From positions 1-54,492 of the IMG/VR virus record IMGVR_UViG_3300035670_000271: a stretch of 54,492 bases of DNA; one strand, 5' to 3'. Every line of letters begins with the position of its first letter. The first letter of the stretch is position 1. Origin of the DNA: a virus (Duplodnaviria; Caudoviricetes). The position numbers and the translations under genes were made by a program. This document shows, in pieces, positions 28,189 to 36,058 of the stretch. The notes beneath the pieces are model-generated. The model was not told the DNA's origin. It saw only the letters and a program-made list of their open reading frames with translations, and did not search any database.

Positions 28189-28451
28189 ATCTGTTCATAT
28201 TTTAAACCATGTGCTCTATGCGCTGCATTTACTGTCTCAAGCGTCGTTTCACACCAATGAAACAAAGGATGATCTTGATTTTTGCACATCCAAGAATCCT
28301 GCAATAATTTTATTTGTTCTTCTATGCGCGATAGATAATCATGAATGCTCATTTTATTAACTCTATCATGAGAATCTGAATGGCAAAAATCAGAAAATCT
28401 TTGTTCTTCTGCGCCCCTATTATATCCGTGACCCCATTGTTTCTTGCCCAT
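28143..28451 (-). CDS. Cassette gene: hypothetical protein
   Basis: RBS AAGGA; the ORF reads through into attC. Confidence 0.65.
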   Translation of the reverse strand: MGKKQWGHGYNRGAEEQRFSDFCHSDSHDRVNKMSIHDYLSRIEEQIKLLQDSWMCKNQDHPLFHWCETTLETVNAAHRAHGLKYEQIANKAMNATEAAQQD

Positions 28452-28473
28452 ACATATCCTTTCGTTCTAAGAT

Positions 28474-28571
28474 TGCTAACAACGCGCATGAGCGGCGAAA
28501 ACCGCCTGGACGCTGTTCATTATTGGTAATCTCGCCCGACGGTTTTCGTCCGATCTATGCGATTGTTATTC
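28474..28571 (-). repeat. attC site (family A)
   Basis: TGCTAAC...GTTATTC. Confidence 0.9.
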
Positions 28572-28796
28572 GTCCTTATCAATACATTCAATTTCTACTT
28601 TGCCGTTTGATTTGATAATAAATACAAACCTTTTTGATTTAGCATTTTCATGCGTTAAATCAAAACGCTGGCGCAATTCAGCAGGGATTGTCATCTGCCA
28701 ATGCTCTGATGTTTTCCCCTGGCTGACTCTTATAGCAATAGGTTTTGATTTGATTTCAAATTGTGGACTCATGCCGGTATTTTGCCCCCAGGCCAA
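28566..28796 (-). CDS. Cassette gene: AbrB/MazE/SpoVT-type DNA-binding protein
   Basis: QMTIPAELRQRFDL...FII..GKVEI. Confidence 0.7.
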   Translation of the reverse strand: MAWGQNTGMSPQFEIKSKPIAIRVSQGKTSEHWQMTIPAELRQRFDLTHENAKSKRFVFIIKSNGKVEIECIDKDE

Positions 28797-28990
28797 AATT
28801 TACGATACTGTGATGCTTCGTAATCAGCTTGCCAGTATTCCTTTTGCGCTAATTCGTAACAATGCTTTAGCCCAGGAGATACCCTCCCGTGTTTTTTTGC
28901 GTCGTCTACCATTTCTTTATGCGCTTCCCGTCTTTTCTTGACGGCTTTATCCAAATCTTTTTTCACGTTACGCCATGCACGGTATCCCAT
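28769..28990 (-). CDS. Cassette gene: small basic protein paired with the AbrB-like gene
   Basis: First ORF downstream of the cassette-internal promoter. Confidence 0.6.
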   Translation of the reverse strand: MGYRAWRNVKKDLDKAVKKRREAHKEMVDDAKKHGRVSPGLKHCYELAQKEYWQADYEASQYRKFWPGGKIPA

Positions 28991-29053
28991 TATATTTCCC
29001 CCATTTCTTGTTTGAGTTCTTTCAACGTCTATACGTTCACTTAACTAATATAC

Positions 29054-29082
29054 AGTATAATATACCGACAGGTATTTGTCAA
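29054..29082 (-). promoter_or_regulatory. Cassette-internal promoter
   Basis: TTGACA-17-TATACT; the spacer holds the palindrome atacc-tgtc-ggtat. Confidence 0.8.
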
Positions 29083-29146
29083 GCGTTTATCAAAAATATT
29101 TACTCTCAGGTGTGATTTTTTCAATAAACGCTGCAAACAGGAAGAC

Positions 29147-29247
29147 GGATAACGAGCGCATAACCGGCTTTGGAGGGCGCGTGCTCACTTCACCACGAGG
29201 TGAAATTCCCCGCGCCCTCCAAAGTCCGGTTCATGCGTTTGTTATGA
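29147..29247 (-). repeat. attC site (family B)
   Basis: GGATAAC...GTTATGA; near-identical to 35734-35833. Confidence 0.9.
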
Positions 29248-29294
29248 CTTCGGTTTATTTTGCGATTGCTACAATACGATCTTTCTTGAATTTA

Positions 29295-29353
29295 CGCTCG
29301 CACCATGTTAGTGTTCCGGCGCGGTTTCAGTCGCGTTCATTGCAGTGTTATAT
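29295..29353 (-). repeat. Half attC (family C)
   Basis: gcgcggtttcagtcgcgttcattgcagtGTTATAT right arm only. Confidence 0.7.
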
Positions 29354-29559
29354 CACCCACCACCTGCCACAGCTTTTCCGAATGATTCTTTCACAGAATG
29401 GACAGATAATTCTCCCCAAATGCAAGGATCGTAAGTCATTTCTTTTTTGATGATTTCCTGCGCTTCTTCTAATGATTCAGCAATAGCGAACGCTAACCCA
29501 GAAGTATAGTCAGGAGAAAACCCTTCCCAAACATATAATTGTAATTTATTTTTTGCCAT
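29353..29559 (-). CDS. Cassette gene: phage-type hypothetical protein
   Basis: LYVWEG...DYTSGLAFAIAES.EEA; RBS GGAGG. Confidence 0.7.
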   Translation of the reverse strand: MAKNKLQLYVWEGFSPDYTSGLAFAIAESLEEAQEIIKKEMTYDPCIWGELSVHSVKESFGKAVAGGG

Positions 29560-29583
29560 GATTCCCTCCGCTCGTAGTTAGTG

Positions 29584-29686
29584 ATATAACGACTGGCATA
29601 ACCGGCAAAAGCCGCGCCAGTACTTGGTTTATAGACTATCCAAATTCGCCGCGCGGCTTTTGTCCGCGTTCATGCCTTTGTTAGGC
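29584..29686 (-). repeat. attC site (family D)
   Basis: ATATAAC...GTTAGGC. Confidence 0.9.
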
Positions 29687-29901
29687 TTCTGTTTCATTTT
29701 GACTGCTGCAATTTCTCGCTCACGCTTCGATTTCGGCATGTTGCGAAAAAAAAAGATCGCGCGTTCAAGATACAAAGGAACTGGCCGTTCTCCTGTCGTC
29801 ATGCGATAAATGACAGGGCGATGAGAGCCTAACAACAAGGCGGCCTGACGTGGATTTAGGCCATATTCCTCCAAGAATGTGTTGAGTTCGTCTTGTGTCA
29901 T
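29629..29901 (-). CDS. Cassette gene: HTH DNA-binding protein (Aca-like)
   Basis: MTQDELNTFLEEYGLNPRQAALLLGSHRPVIYRMTTGERPVP. Confidence 0.75.
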   Translation of the reverse strand: MTQDELNTFLEEYGLNPRQAALLLGSHRPVIYRMTTGERPVPLYLERAIFFFRNMPKSKREREIAAVKMKQKPNKGMNADKSRAANLDSL

Positions 29902-29929
29902 AGCATGAAAGGGGCTTTCGCCCCTCTGT

Positions 29930-30139
29930 TTAGATTTCTGAAAAATCTTGAGCATCAAAATTCAATTCGCCCATGTTCGTTTCTACTGTGTATGATACAG
30001 CGATAAAGTATCCTGGTTTATTTTTGTATATGGTCGGCTCTTCAATTTTTGTTTCGACTCTTTCCGCTGAATACACTTTGCCAGATTCTATTCCAAAAGA
30101 TTTGTTGAAATCGTTATTTGCTTTAACTTGAACTCTCAT
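29930..30139 (-). CDS. Cassette gene: small protein upstream of the HTH gene
   Basis: RBS AAGGAG and ATG 30139 downstream of an internal promoter. Confidence 0.7.
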   Translation of the reverse strand: MRVQVKANNDFNKSFGIESGKVYSAERVETKIEEPTIYKNKPGYFIAVSYTVETNMGELNFDAQDFSEI

Positions 30140-30195
30140 TTTTATTCTCCTTGTTGTTAGTGTTTTTGTTTTCCCTCTCATCAACTTACAAGTTT

Positions 30196-30224
30196 AATAT
30201 AGTACCAATGGTACTTTTTGTCAA
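30196..30224 (-). promoter_or_regulatory. Cassette-internal promoter with operator palindrome
   Basis: TTGACA-17-TATATT; the spacer contains AGTACCA-T-TGGTACT. Confidence 0.8.
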
Positions 30225-30333
30225 GCACTTTCTCACATTTTTTTGAATTATTTTATATAATTCCTGAAAATGCCTGATTCATAGGGAGCACAAGGAGAAA
30301 ATATTTTATCAAAGAACGCTGTTGATGGTAGAA

Positions 30334-30445
30334 GCCTAACGACAAGCTTCAGCAGCTTGGAAGGGCGGGCGGCAACCAAGCGTGAAGTAAAACAACAGAC
30401 TTTCTACGCCCGCCCTTCCAAGTCTGCTGCAAGCATTTGTTCGGG
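30334..30445 (-). repeat. attC site
   Basis: GCCTAAC...GTTCGGG; stem gcttcagcagcttggaagggcgggc with two bulges. Confidence 0.88.
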
Positions 30446-30591
30446 CTTCTTTCGTCTCATAACCACATCCTGCCATAAAAGAAAACTATTGGCTAAAATT
30501 ACCCCAAACCAAGCAATCCCTCTAAACAAACTGATTCCAATTATACTGATGATAATCGCAAAGATACGAATAGTCATCAGTGAACGATTGT

Positions 30592-31344
30592 TTAATATGG
30601 TCTCTTGCATGTTGGACATATCCCTTTTGTTGACGCTGTTGGTTTTGAACCAACATTGATCCCGAAATTTTCTTTGATTGGATGTGGGCCTAAATATACG
30701 CCTTGCGTAAACGACCCCGCACCATATAATAACTCAATAATCTCTTGCTTTTGTTGGTCTGATAATGTTTTAAACCAATCCTGTTCAAATGCAAGAAAAT
30801 TTCGATTGAGAACCTTACAAGATGCAGGAACTGTGCCACCACCTGTAAAGGGATCAAAAATAATTGCTTGCGTTGATGTCAGCCTGTCTATGTAATACAG
30901 ATACGGCCCCGCCTGTTTATGCCACTTATGATTTCCTGATAATAACGCCGGATTCCCATCAACAAAATAATCTCTTGTTGGCTTATTCACAGTAGGAATG
31001 CCCTTTCTAAATACAAGAATAGAGTGCCAACAAGAAAACATTTTCATTGCGCCAAAAATATTGAGTGCTGGACGATAGCAGGCTATTTGCCAAATAAATT
31101 CAATTGTTTCATTTTGAACAGCTTGAAGTGTTTCAAAGAGCCGTTTTTGTGCGTGCCATACTAAACAAGCTGAATTTGGCTTCAATATCCGCGCTGCTGT
31201 TTCTCCGAGCCATTTATAATCATCAACGTTTTCATAAATGGGATCAGTGAAAATCAGGTCAACCGATTCATCGGGAATGCCCTTTGACAATTCTCTGGCA
31301 TCGCCTGTATAGATTTGGTTGAGTTCGTATTCTCCGAGTTTCAC
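30592..31344 (-). CDS. Cassette gene: DNA methyltransferase, probably a chimera with an unrelated C-terminus
   Basis: DLIFTDPIY, HKWHKQ and DPFTGGGT, then unrelated sequence ending CPTC. Confidence 0.8.
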   Translation of the reverse strand: MKLGEYELNQIYTGDARELSKGIPDESVDLIFTDPIYENVDDYKWLGETAARILKPNSACLVWHAQKRLFETLQAVQNETIEFIWQIACYRPALNIFGAMKMFSCWHSILVFRKGIPTVNKPTRDYFVDGNPALLSGNHKWHKQAGPYLYYIDRLTSTQAIIFDPFTGGGTVPASCKVLNRNFLAFEQDWFKTLSDQQKQEIIELLYGAGSFTQGVYLGPHPIKENFGINVGSKPTASTKGICPTCKRPY

Positions 31345-31360
31345 TGTCTCACCTCAAGCA

Positions 31361-31459
31361 GCAGAACAACACGCATGAGCGGCGAAAACCGCCCTGTGCT
31401 CTGCTTATTATTGTTAATAGTCCCCGGCGGTTTTCGTCCGCTCGATGCGATTGTTAGAC
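31361..31459 (-). repeat. attC site (family A)
   Basis: GCAGAAC...GTTAGAC. Confidence 0.9.
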
Positions 31460-31762
31460 ATGATTAATTGCTACCTGCGTTAATTTAGCAATTACCCAAA
31501 CACGTAAGTCTGACAAATCTTTATTCACCTCAGCGGCACACTCAAGCCAGCGTTCTCCCGCCATCACATCGAACAGAATATGTCCCTTATAATCGCCATG
31601 CGTGTATTCTATATTTTTTACAGACATATCCAAAAATTGAGCGCAAGCATTGACTTCTTTCTGTACGGATTCTTGTCTTGCAATCTGCGATTGCAATGCT
31701 TGTGGATCATCATACTTCCCCCTTGCTAATCCTGCTATGTCGGAAAACTTTGATAATTTCAT
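31454..31762 (-). CDS. Cassette gene: hypothetical protein
   Basis: Fills the cassette; stop in the inverse core. Confidence 0.7.
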   Translation of the reverse strand: MKLSKFSDIAGLARGKYDDPQALQSQIARQESVQKEVNACAQFLDMSVKNIEYTHGDYKGHILFDVMAGERWLECAAEVNKDLSDLRVWVIAKLTQVAINHV

Positions 31763-31784
31763 TTCTTACCACTCCTGTGAGTAT

Positions 31785-31885
31785 TGCTAACGACTGGCAT
31801 AACGCGCTGAGGCCGCGCAATGCTGCCGTTCACACAATGTTAATCTTCGCGCGCGGCCTCAGTCGCGTTCATGCCTTCGTTAGAC
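31785..31885 (-). repeat. attC site (family C)
   Basis: TGCTAAC...GTTAGAC. Confidence 0.9.
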
Positions 31886-32126
31886 ATCCTCCCTGTTATC
31901 CTTTGAGCCTCTTTCAACGCTCCCTCTCTCACGATCTTTGATTCTTCAATCCCTGAAACCTCAACAGCCAATTCAATTATATGCCGTTCCTCTTCCGAGA
32001 AACGATAGACCTTACGAATAGTTCGGCGTTTTTCTTCTGGCTTCTCGGCGTTTTTGTATGTGCCAGGGCGGAGTCCCTGGTTTCGATTATCTTCTCGATT
32101 ATCTCTTTGAATTCTAAATCATCCAT
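31840..32126 (-). pseudogene. Frameshifted DUF1778-like RHH antitoxin/regulator cassette gene
   Basis: Adding one C near 32003 gives VRSIRFSEEERHIIELAVEVSGIEESKIVREGALKEAQRI. Confidence 0.6.
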
Positions 32127-32152
32127 ATCTTTTGTTTGTATTACAGAGCGGT

Positions 32153-32263
32153 TTCTAACGATCGCAAATCACCGGCGACAAAGGGCGGGCGGGAAAAGCC
32201 TGTAATACAGCAACCAAGTTTTAGGCCCGCCCTTTGGCGTCCGGTGCATTTGCATTGTTATGC
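32153..32263 (-). repeat. attC site
   Basis: TTCTAAC...GTTATGC. Confidence 0.88.
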
Positions 32264-32452
32264 TGCGTCTATTGTCTTTTCAACTAACTGACGCAGCCAC
32301 TTTTGATACGACTTAAACCCGGCCACTTTTGCCGCCTGAATGATGTGCTTTTTCAATTCCGGCTCACACCTGAAAGACACTTGCACATCTTTTGTGCCGT
32401 CTTTAGTGGAGCCGGTTGGTCTCCCGGCTCCTTCTCGTTTCCCGCCTCGCAT
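32258..32452 (-). CDS. Cassette gene: RHH-type DNA-binding protein
   Basis: RGGKREGAGRP, then VSFRCEPELK...AA...G...WLR. Confidence 0.75.
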   Translation of the reverse strand: MRGGKREGAGRPTGSTKDGTKDVQVSFRCEPELKKHIIQAAKVAGFKSYQKWLRQLVEKTIDAA

Positions 32453-32733
32453 TAGTATGCCTCGTATCCTTCAATTTCCCAATCCAGTTGATCCAACTCC
32501 TCAACCTTATCGAGAGCATCCTGCATCTGGTAGTAATAGGCTACAAGGGTGCGTCGTTCGCCTTCTGCGTCCGTGTAGTTTATGGATGCCGTAAACTCAA
32601 CAGATTGATCGCCGTCCGTCTGTACCCGCCCGCTAAAATCGCAATTCTCACGATCTAATGCTTCAACAACTTCTTTACTAGCTTCTACGATTGCCTGATC
32701 TCTCGTTAATTTACCGTGTCTCATGTGTTTCAC
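32452..32733 (-). CDS. Cassette gene: small acidic protein (anti-defence candidate)
   Basis: D/E-rich 93 aa, TAATG-coupled to the RHH gene, own promoter TTGACA-16-TATATT at 32782-32809. Confidence 0.7.
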   Translation of the reverse strand: MKHMRHGKLTRDQAIVEASKEVVEALDRENCDFSGRVQTDGDQSVEFTASINYTDAEGERRTLVAYYYQMQDALDKVEELDQLDWEIEGYEAY

Positions 32734-32907
32734 CTCGTTTGCTTGACGTTTTTAAAATTTCCATTTACTGAGTATAGTCTTAATATAAGCATTATAGAAT
32801 TTTTGTCAAGCAAATAATCTAAATATTTACACAAACAAGACGATTTTTTGAGGTCAAAACCTGAGAACGCCTGATCTTGTAGGCAAGAACTTTTTACGAG
32901 TGAAGCA

Positions 32908-33014
32908 GCATAACGACGCGCATAACCCGCCAAAAGCCGCGCGCCGAATTGTTTCACGAACACCGGCCACGCTCTCCGCGCGGGTTTTGGTCGGGGTTCA
33001 TGCGATTGTTATGC
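32908..33014 (-). repeat. attC site
   Basis: GCATAAC...GTTATGC. Confidence 0.9.
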
Positions 33015-33203
33015 CGCACATTTCCAAATTTTAACATTCCCCTGATTACTTGCCTTCCAGTAAGCATGCTTTTCTGCCCATCGCATTAGGCGAACAAGGC
33101 TAAATCTTGACACCCCATAATATTTACGATAATGCCACCCGATACACACAAGGTTTTTCACTCCTGGAAGATTATCATATATTGCGATACCTGTCTTCTT
33201 CAT
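33009..33203 (-). CDS. Cassette gene: small basic hypothetical protein
   Basis: RBS AGGGGAG, ATG 33203, stop in the inverse core. Confidence 0.65.
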   Translation of the reverse strand: MKKTGIAIYDNLPGVKNLVCIGWHYRKYYGVSRFSLVRLMRWAEKHAYWKASNQGNVKIWKCAA

Positions 33204-33233
33204 TTCTCCCCTTTGCCGCTTACTTTTTAAGCG

Positions 33234-33374
33234 GCATAACGCTTGGCTTGAGGTGCTTGGGGGACGCCCTTCAGCGGAGCAACCAAGCCCGAACCCCCTC
33301 TGAACGATATGGCGGACAACCTCTGCTGAAATCACCGCGCGTCCCCCAAGTCACCCTCCAAGCCTTTGTTCGCG
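33234..33374 (-). repeat. attC site (long, 141 bp)
   Basis: GCATAAC..ggcttgaggtgcttgggggacgc...gcgtcccccaagtcaccctccaagcc..GTTCGCG. Confidence 0.85.
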
Positions 33375-33385
33375 ATGCTCTCTCG

Positions 33386-34960
33386 TTATAACAATTGTTG
33401 TTGCGTACTTTCTTGAATATGCTTGCCAGCCGTTTTAAAGACGCCATGCGTCGTCATGGGCATTTTGACCTGTTCACCATCCAATAGCTGTTCAATCGTC
33501 AGAAGTTGAATCGTCGGAAACTGTGTCGCATAGACGCCAAGCTGCTCACCATGCGGAGAATAAAAGCCTTCCTGCTTGGCTTCTCGAATCATGGGCGTCG
33601 TCACCTGTTCCTGAAAACACACAAACACTCCAATTGCGGCTTTTTGAGACTTCACGACGTGAATAAACTCTCTCAGGTTCTTGACATTCACCTTGCCGCT
33701 TTTGACTTCGATCAGCACGGTTTCTTTCTTCTTGCCCATCGCAAAGGTCATGTGCCCATCCCATCCGCCATCTGCGGTTTTCTTGGGATTACTGACACCT
33801 GACAACACAAATTCAATGACCCAATCCTGAAATTTAAACCGACCATTGTCGTCACTTTCCGCTAAAGCTTTGGCTGAGGCGATGTCTTTTGGAATGCCAA
33901 ACACTTCAAAGGTGTGACGAATTTCAGCATATTTTGTGTCATACGTCTCCTGAAGGCGTTTCATGACCAGTTTGATTGAGAGATGTGAAATGTCAACGCC
34001 TAACCATCGGCGGCCTAATTTTTGGGCGACAGCGATGGTTGTCCCGCATCCACAGCAAAAGTCAGCCACCAGATCGCCTTCGTTGCTGCTCGTTTTGAGA
34101 ATACGTTCAAGTAGTTCTTCTGGTTTTTGGGTCGGATACCCTAAACGCTCTTTTGCCATTGGATTGATATGAAAAATATCATTCCATAAATTATTCATAG
34201 GAACGCCTTTCAGGGTATTGATGTATTGCTTATATTCTGGCTTTCCTGATTTTGTCCACCGCAACATATCTTGTGATTCAAGGTCGTGTAACTTTTCATC
34301 AGAATATGTTTTCATCGCTTGCCAACGATATTTCCCTTTTACGTCTTGATACTTGAACCGTTTGAGATAAGTTTCTCCATATTCTCGATACAGCTTATTA
34401 AAGGTAAATTGTTCAGTCTTTGTATAAAATAAAATCGTATCAGTATCGGCACTGAATCGTTTTGAGAGAGATTTGCTACTCCCAGTGTTTGTCGTTCTTT
34501 GCCAAATAATTTCATTTTGAAAATATCGTTCACTAAAAATCATATCACAGGCTATCTTCAAATAATGGCTCATTGTTGGGTCACAGTGCAAATAAAAGCT
34601 TCCAGTGTCTTTCAGTACCTTGTACATATACCATATTCTGAGAGCCATCGTACAGAGATACGATATAGCTGCCTTTGGGAGTGACGTATTATCAAGCACA
34701 TTCAGCACGTTATACAGGTCAAGATCAATCTCATGAATCTCGTTCAATGTGTCGAGATAGGACACTTGACTCCATGTATCGGCAAACGCTTCTTTTTGGG
34801 CTTTGGTGTCTTGCAAGTCCACATCTTCAAACAAAATGTTATAGTTCCGTTTTGAGTTAAACGGAGGGTCAATATAAATCAGATCAATAAAGCCGTTTGG
34901 ATGCGCGGCATACAGTTGTTTGAGTATATCGAGATTATCACCAAAATATAATGCATTCAC
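33386..34960 (-). CDS. Cassette gene: DNA methyltransferase fused to a Mrr-like PD-(D/E)xK domain
   Basis: IYIDPPF, YPTQKPE, DFCCGCGTT; C-terminal DGGWDG...IEVKSG. Confidence 0.9.
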   Translation of the reverse strand: MNALYFGDNLDILKQLYAAHPNGFIDLIYIDPPFNSKRNYNILFEDVDLQDTKAQKEAFADTWSQVSYLDTLNEIHEIDLDLYNVLNVLDNTSLPKAAISYLCTMALRIWYMYKVLKDTGSFYLHCDPTMSHYLKIACDMIFSERYFQNEIIWQRTTNTGSSKSLSKRFSADTDTILFYTKTEQFTFNKLYREYGETYLKRFKYQDVKGKYRWQAMKTYSDEKLHDLESQDMLRWTKSGKPEYKQYINTLKGVPMNNLWNDIFHINPMAKERLGYPTQKPEELLERILKTSSNEGDLVADFCCGCGTTIAVAQKLGRRWLGVDISHLSIKLVMKRLQETYDTKYAEIRHTFEVFGIPKDIASAKALAESDDNGRFKFQDWVIEFVLSGVSNPKKTADGGWDGHMTFAMGKKKETVLIEVKSGKVNVKNLREFIHVVKSQKAAIGVFVCFQEQVTTPMIREAKQEGFYSPHGEQLGVYATQFPTIQLLTIEQLLDGEQVKMPMTTHGVFKTAGKHIQESTQQQLL

Positions 34961-35017
34961 ACCTGGCGTTCATCTTTCGTATAGCCTCATATACGCTTAG
35001 TTAAGAGACTATACCAA

Positions 35018-35119
35018 AGCGAACGACTGGCATAACCGGCAACAGCCGCGCCTTCCAGCCGCTTGCACTATGTTAATGTTTCGGCGCGGCTGTTGTCCGC
35101 GTTCATGCCTTTGTTAGCA
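35018..35119 (-). repeat. attC site (family D)
   Basis: AGCGAAC...GTTAGCA. Confidence 0.9.
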
Positions 35120-35136
35120 ATCTGATTTTTATTTAC

Positions 35137-35337
35137 TTGACATATCATAATATACTTACTATCTTTATCTTGATGATAGTTGAGCATAGCGACTTTTTAT
35201 CAAGTCCGCCGTGACTGCTCAGGAAATTAACTCTAATACAAGGATGAAACAAGTTCATTTCGTATAGCGTTATACGTTGCTTTCCAGACTACATCAAAGC
35301 GAACGCCGCCCCAGGTCTAAGCAGCCTGGGGCTTTTC
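35137..35337 (+). ncRNA. Candidate cassette-encoded small RNA (promoter to terminator)
   Basis: TTGACA-17-TATCTT at 35137-35165; no convincing ORF; terminator gccccagg...cctggggctttt at 35308-35336. Confidence 0.5.
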
Positions 35338-35709
35338 ATTATAACATGATAAGCATCCATCTCGTTTATCACACTCCGTCACATCACACGAAGAATTTAC
35401 CATATCATCCTGCATACGTCGCCGTTCTTCATCTGGCAATACATTCCATGCGTATTCTGCATGGTTTAGACAATATTTGCCTCCACAAACCTGCTCAGGC
35501 TCTTCTCCGTGATATTTACGGATAGTATTGACAGATTGAACGCTGATGTAAAGACTGTATCTTGAGTCTGCCTCATCAGTATTTTGAATCTGAATTGTCT
35601 GGTCATGCGGAGTGACAACCTGCACAATTTGAATAATTTCTCCATCGCCATATTCTTCTACTTCTTCTGTATGAATGTTTTTAAAATGAACCCAATCACC
35701 TATTTTCAT
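35317..35709 (-). CDS. Cassette gene: hypothetical protein, Cys-rich C-terminus
   Basis: MKIGDWV N-terminus; several Cys pairs. Confidence 0.7.
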   Translation of the reverse strand: MKIGDWVHFKNIHTEEVEEYGDGEIIQIVQVVTPHDQTIQIQNTDEADSRYSLYISVQSVNTIRKYHGEEPEQVCGGKYCLNHAEYAWNVLPDEERRRMQDDMVNSSCDVTECDKRDGCLSCYNEKPQAA

Positions 35710-35733
35710 ATCTCAATGCCACTCCCATAAGAT

Positions 35734-35833
35734 TGCTAACGAGCGCATAACCGGCTTTGGAGGGCGCGTACTCACTTCCCACGAGGCAAAAGTTCCCGCG
35801 CCCTCCAAAGTCCGGTTCATGCGGTTGTTATGC
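35734..35833 (-). repeat. attC site (family B), first cassette
   Basis: TGCTAAC...GTTATGC. Confidence 0.9.
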
Positions 35834-36034
35834 AGATTTGTCTCCATGAATCGGGAAATTCCATTCACGACATTTCCCATACGCTTCTTTCGCTGCTTTA
35901 TCATCGTTGCCTTTAATGCCAAGTCCGATTTTATCACGACAACTAACTCCACACCATCCAGTTAAATGCGGCTTTACGTGTTGATTACAATATACCCATT
36001 GATTCTCACCAAATACTTTTGCATCTTCTTCCAT
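35828..36034 (-). CDS. First-position cassette gene: small Cys/His hypothetical protein
   Basis: WVYC.QH..PH.TGWC; RBS GAGGAG; stop in the inverse core. Confidence 0.7.
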   Translation of the reverse strand: MEEDAKVFGENQWVYCNQHVKPHLTGWCGVSCRDKIGLGIKGNDDKAAKEAYGKCREWNFPIHGDKSA

Positions 36035-36058
36035 GTCTTTCTCCTCTCTTCATGAACG

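Noticed and set aside
25951-35833. Repeats read as a CRISPR array or REP elements
   Set aside because: The units are about 100-bp imperfect palindromes separated by whole genes with GTT cores; there are no constant spacers and no cas genes
26521-35952. ORFs spanning attC sites (for example 26521-26754, 27465-27731, 29076-29450, 30357-30659, 32730-32963, 35713-35952)
   Set aside because: They are products of palindromic sequence or antisense shadows, lack an RBS and cross cassette boundaries
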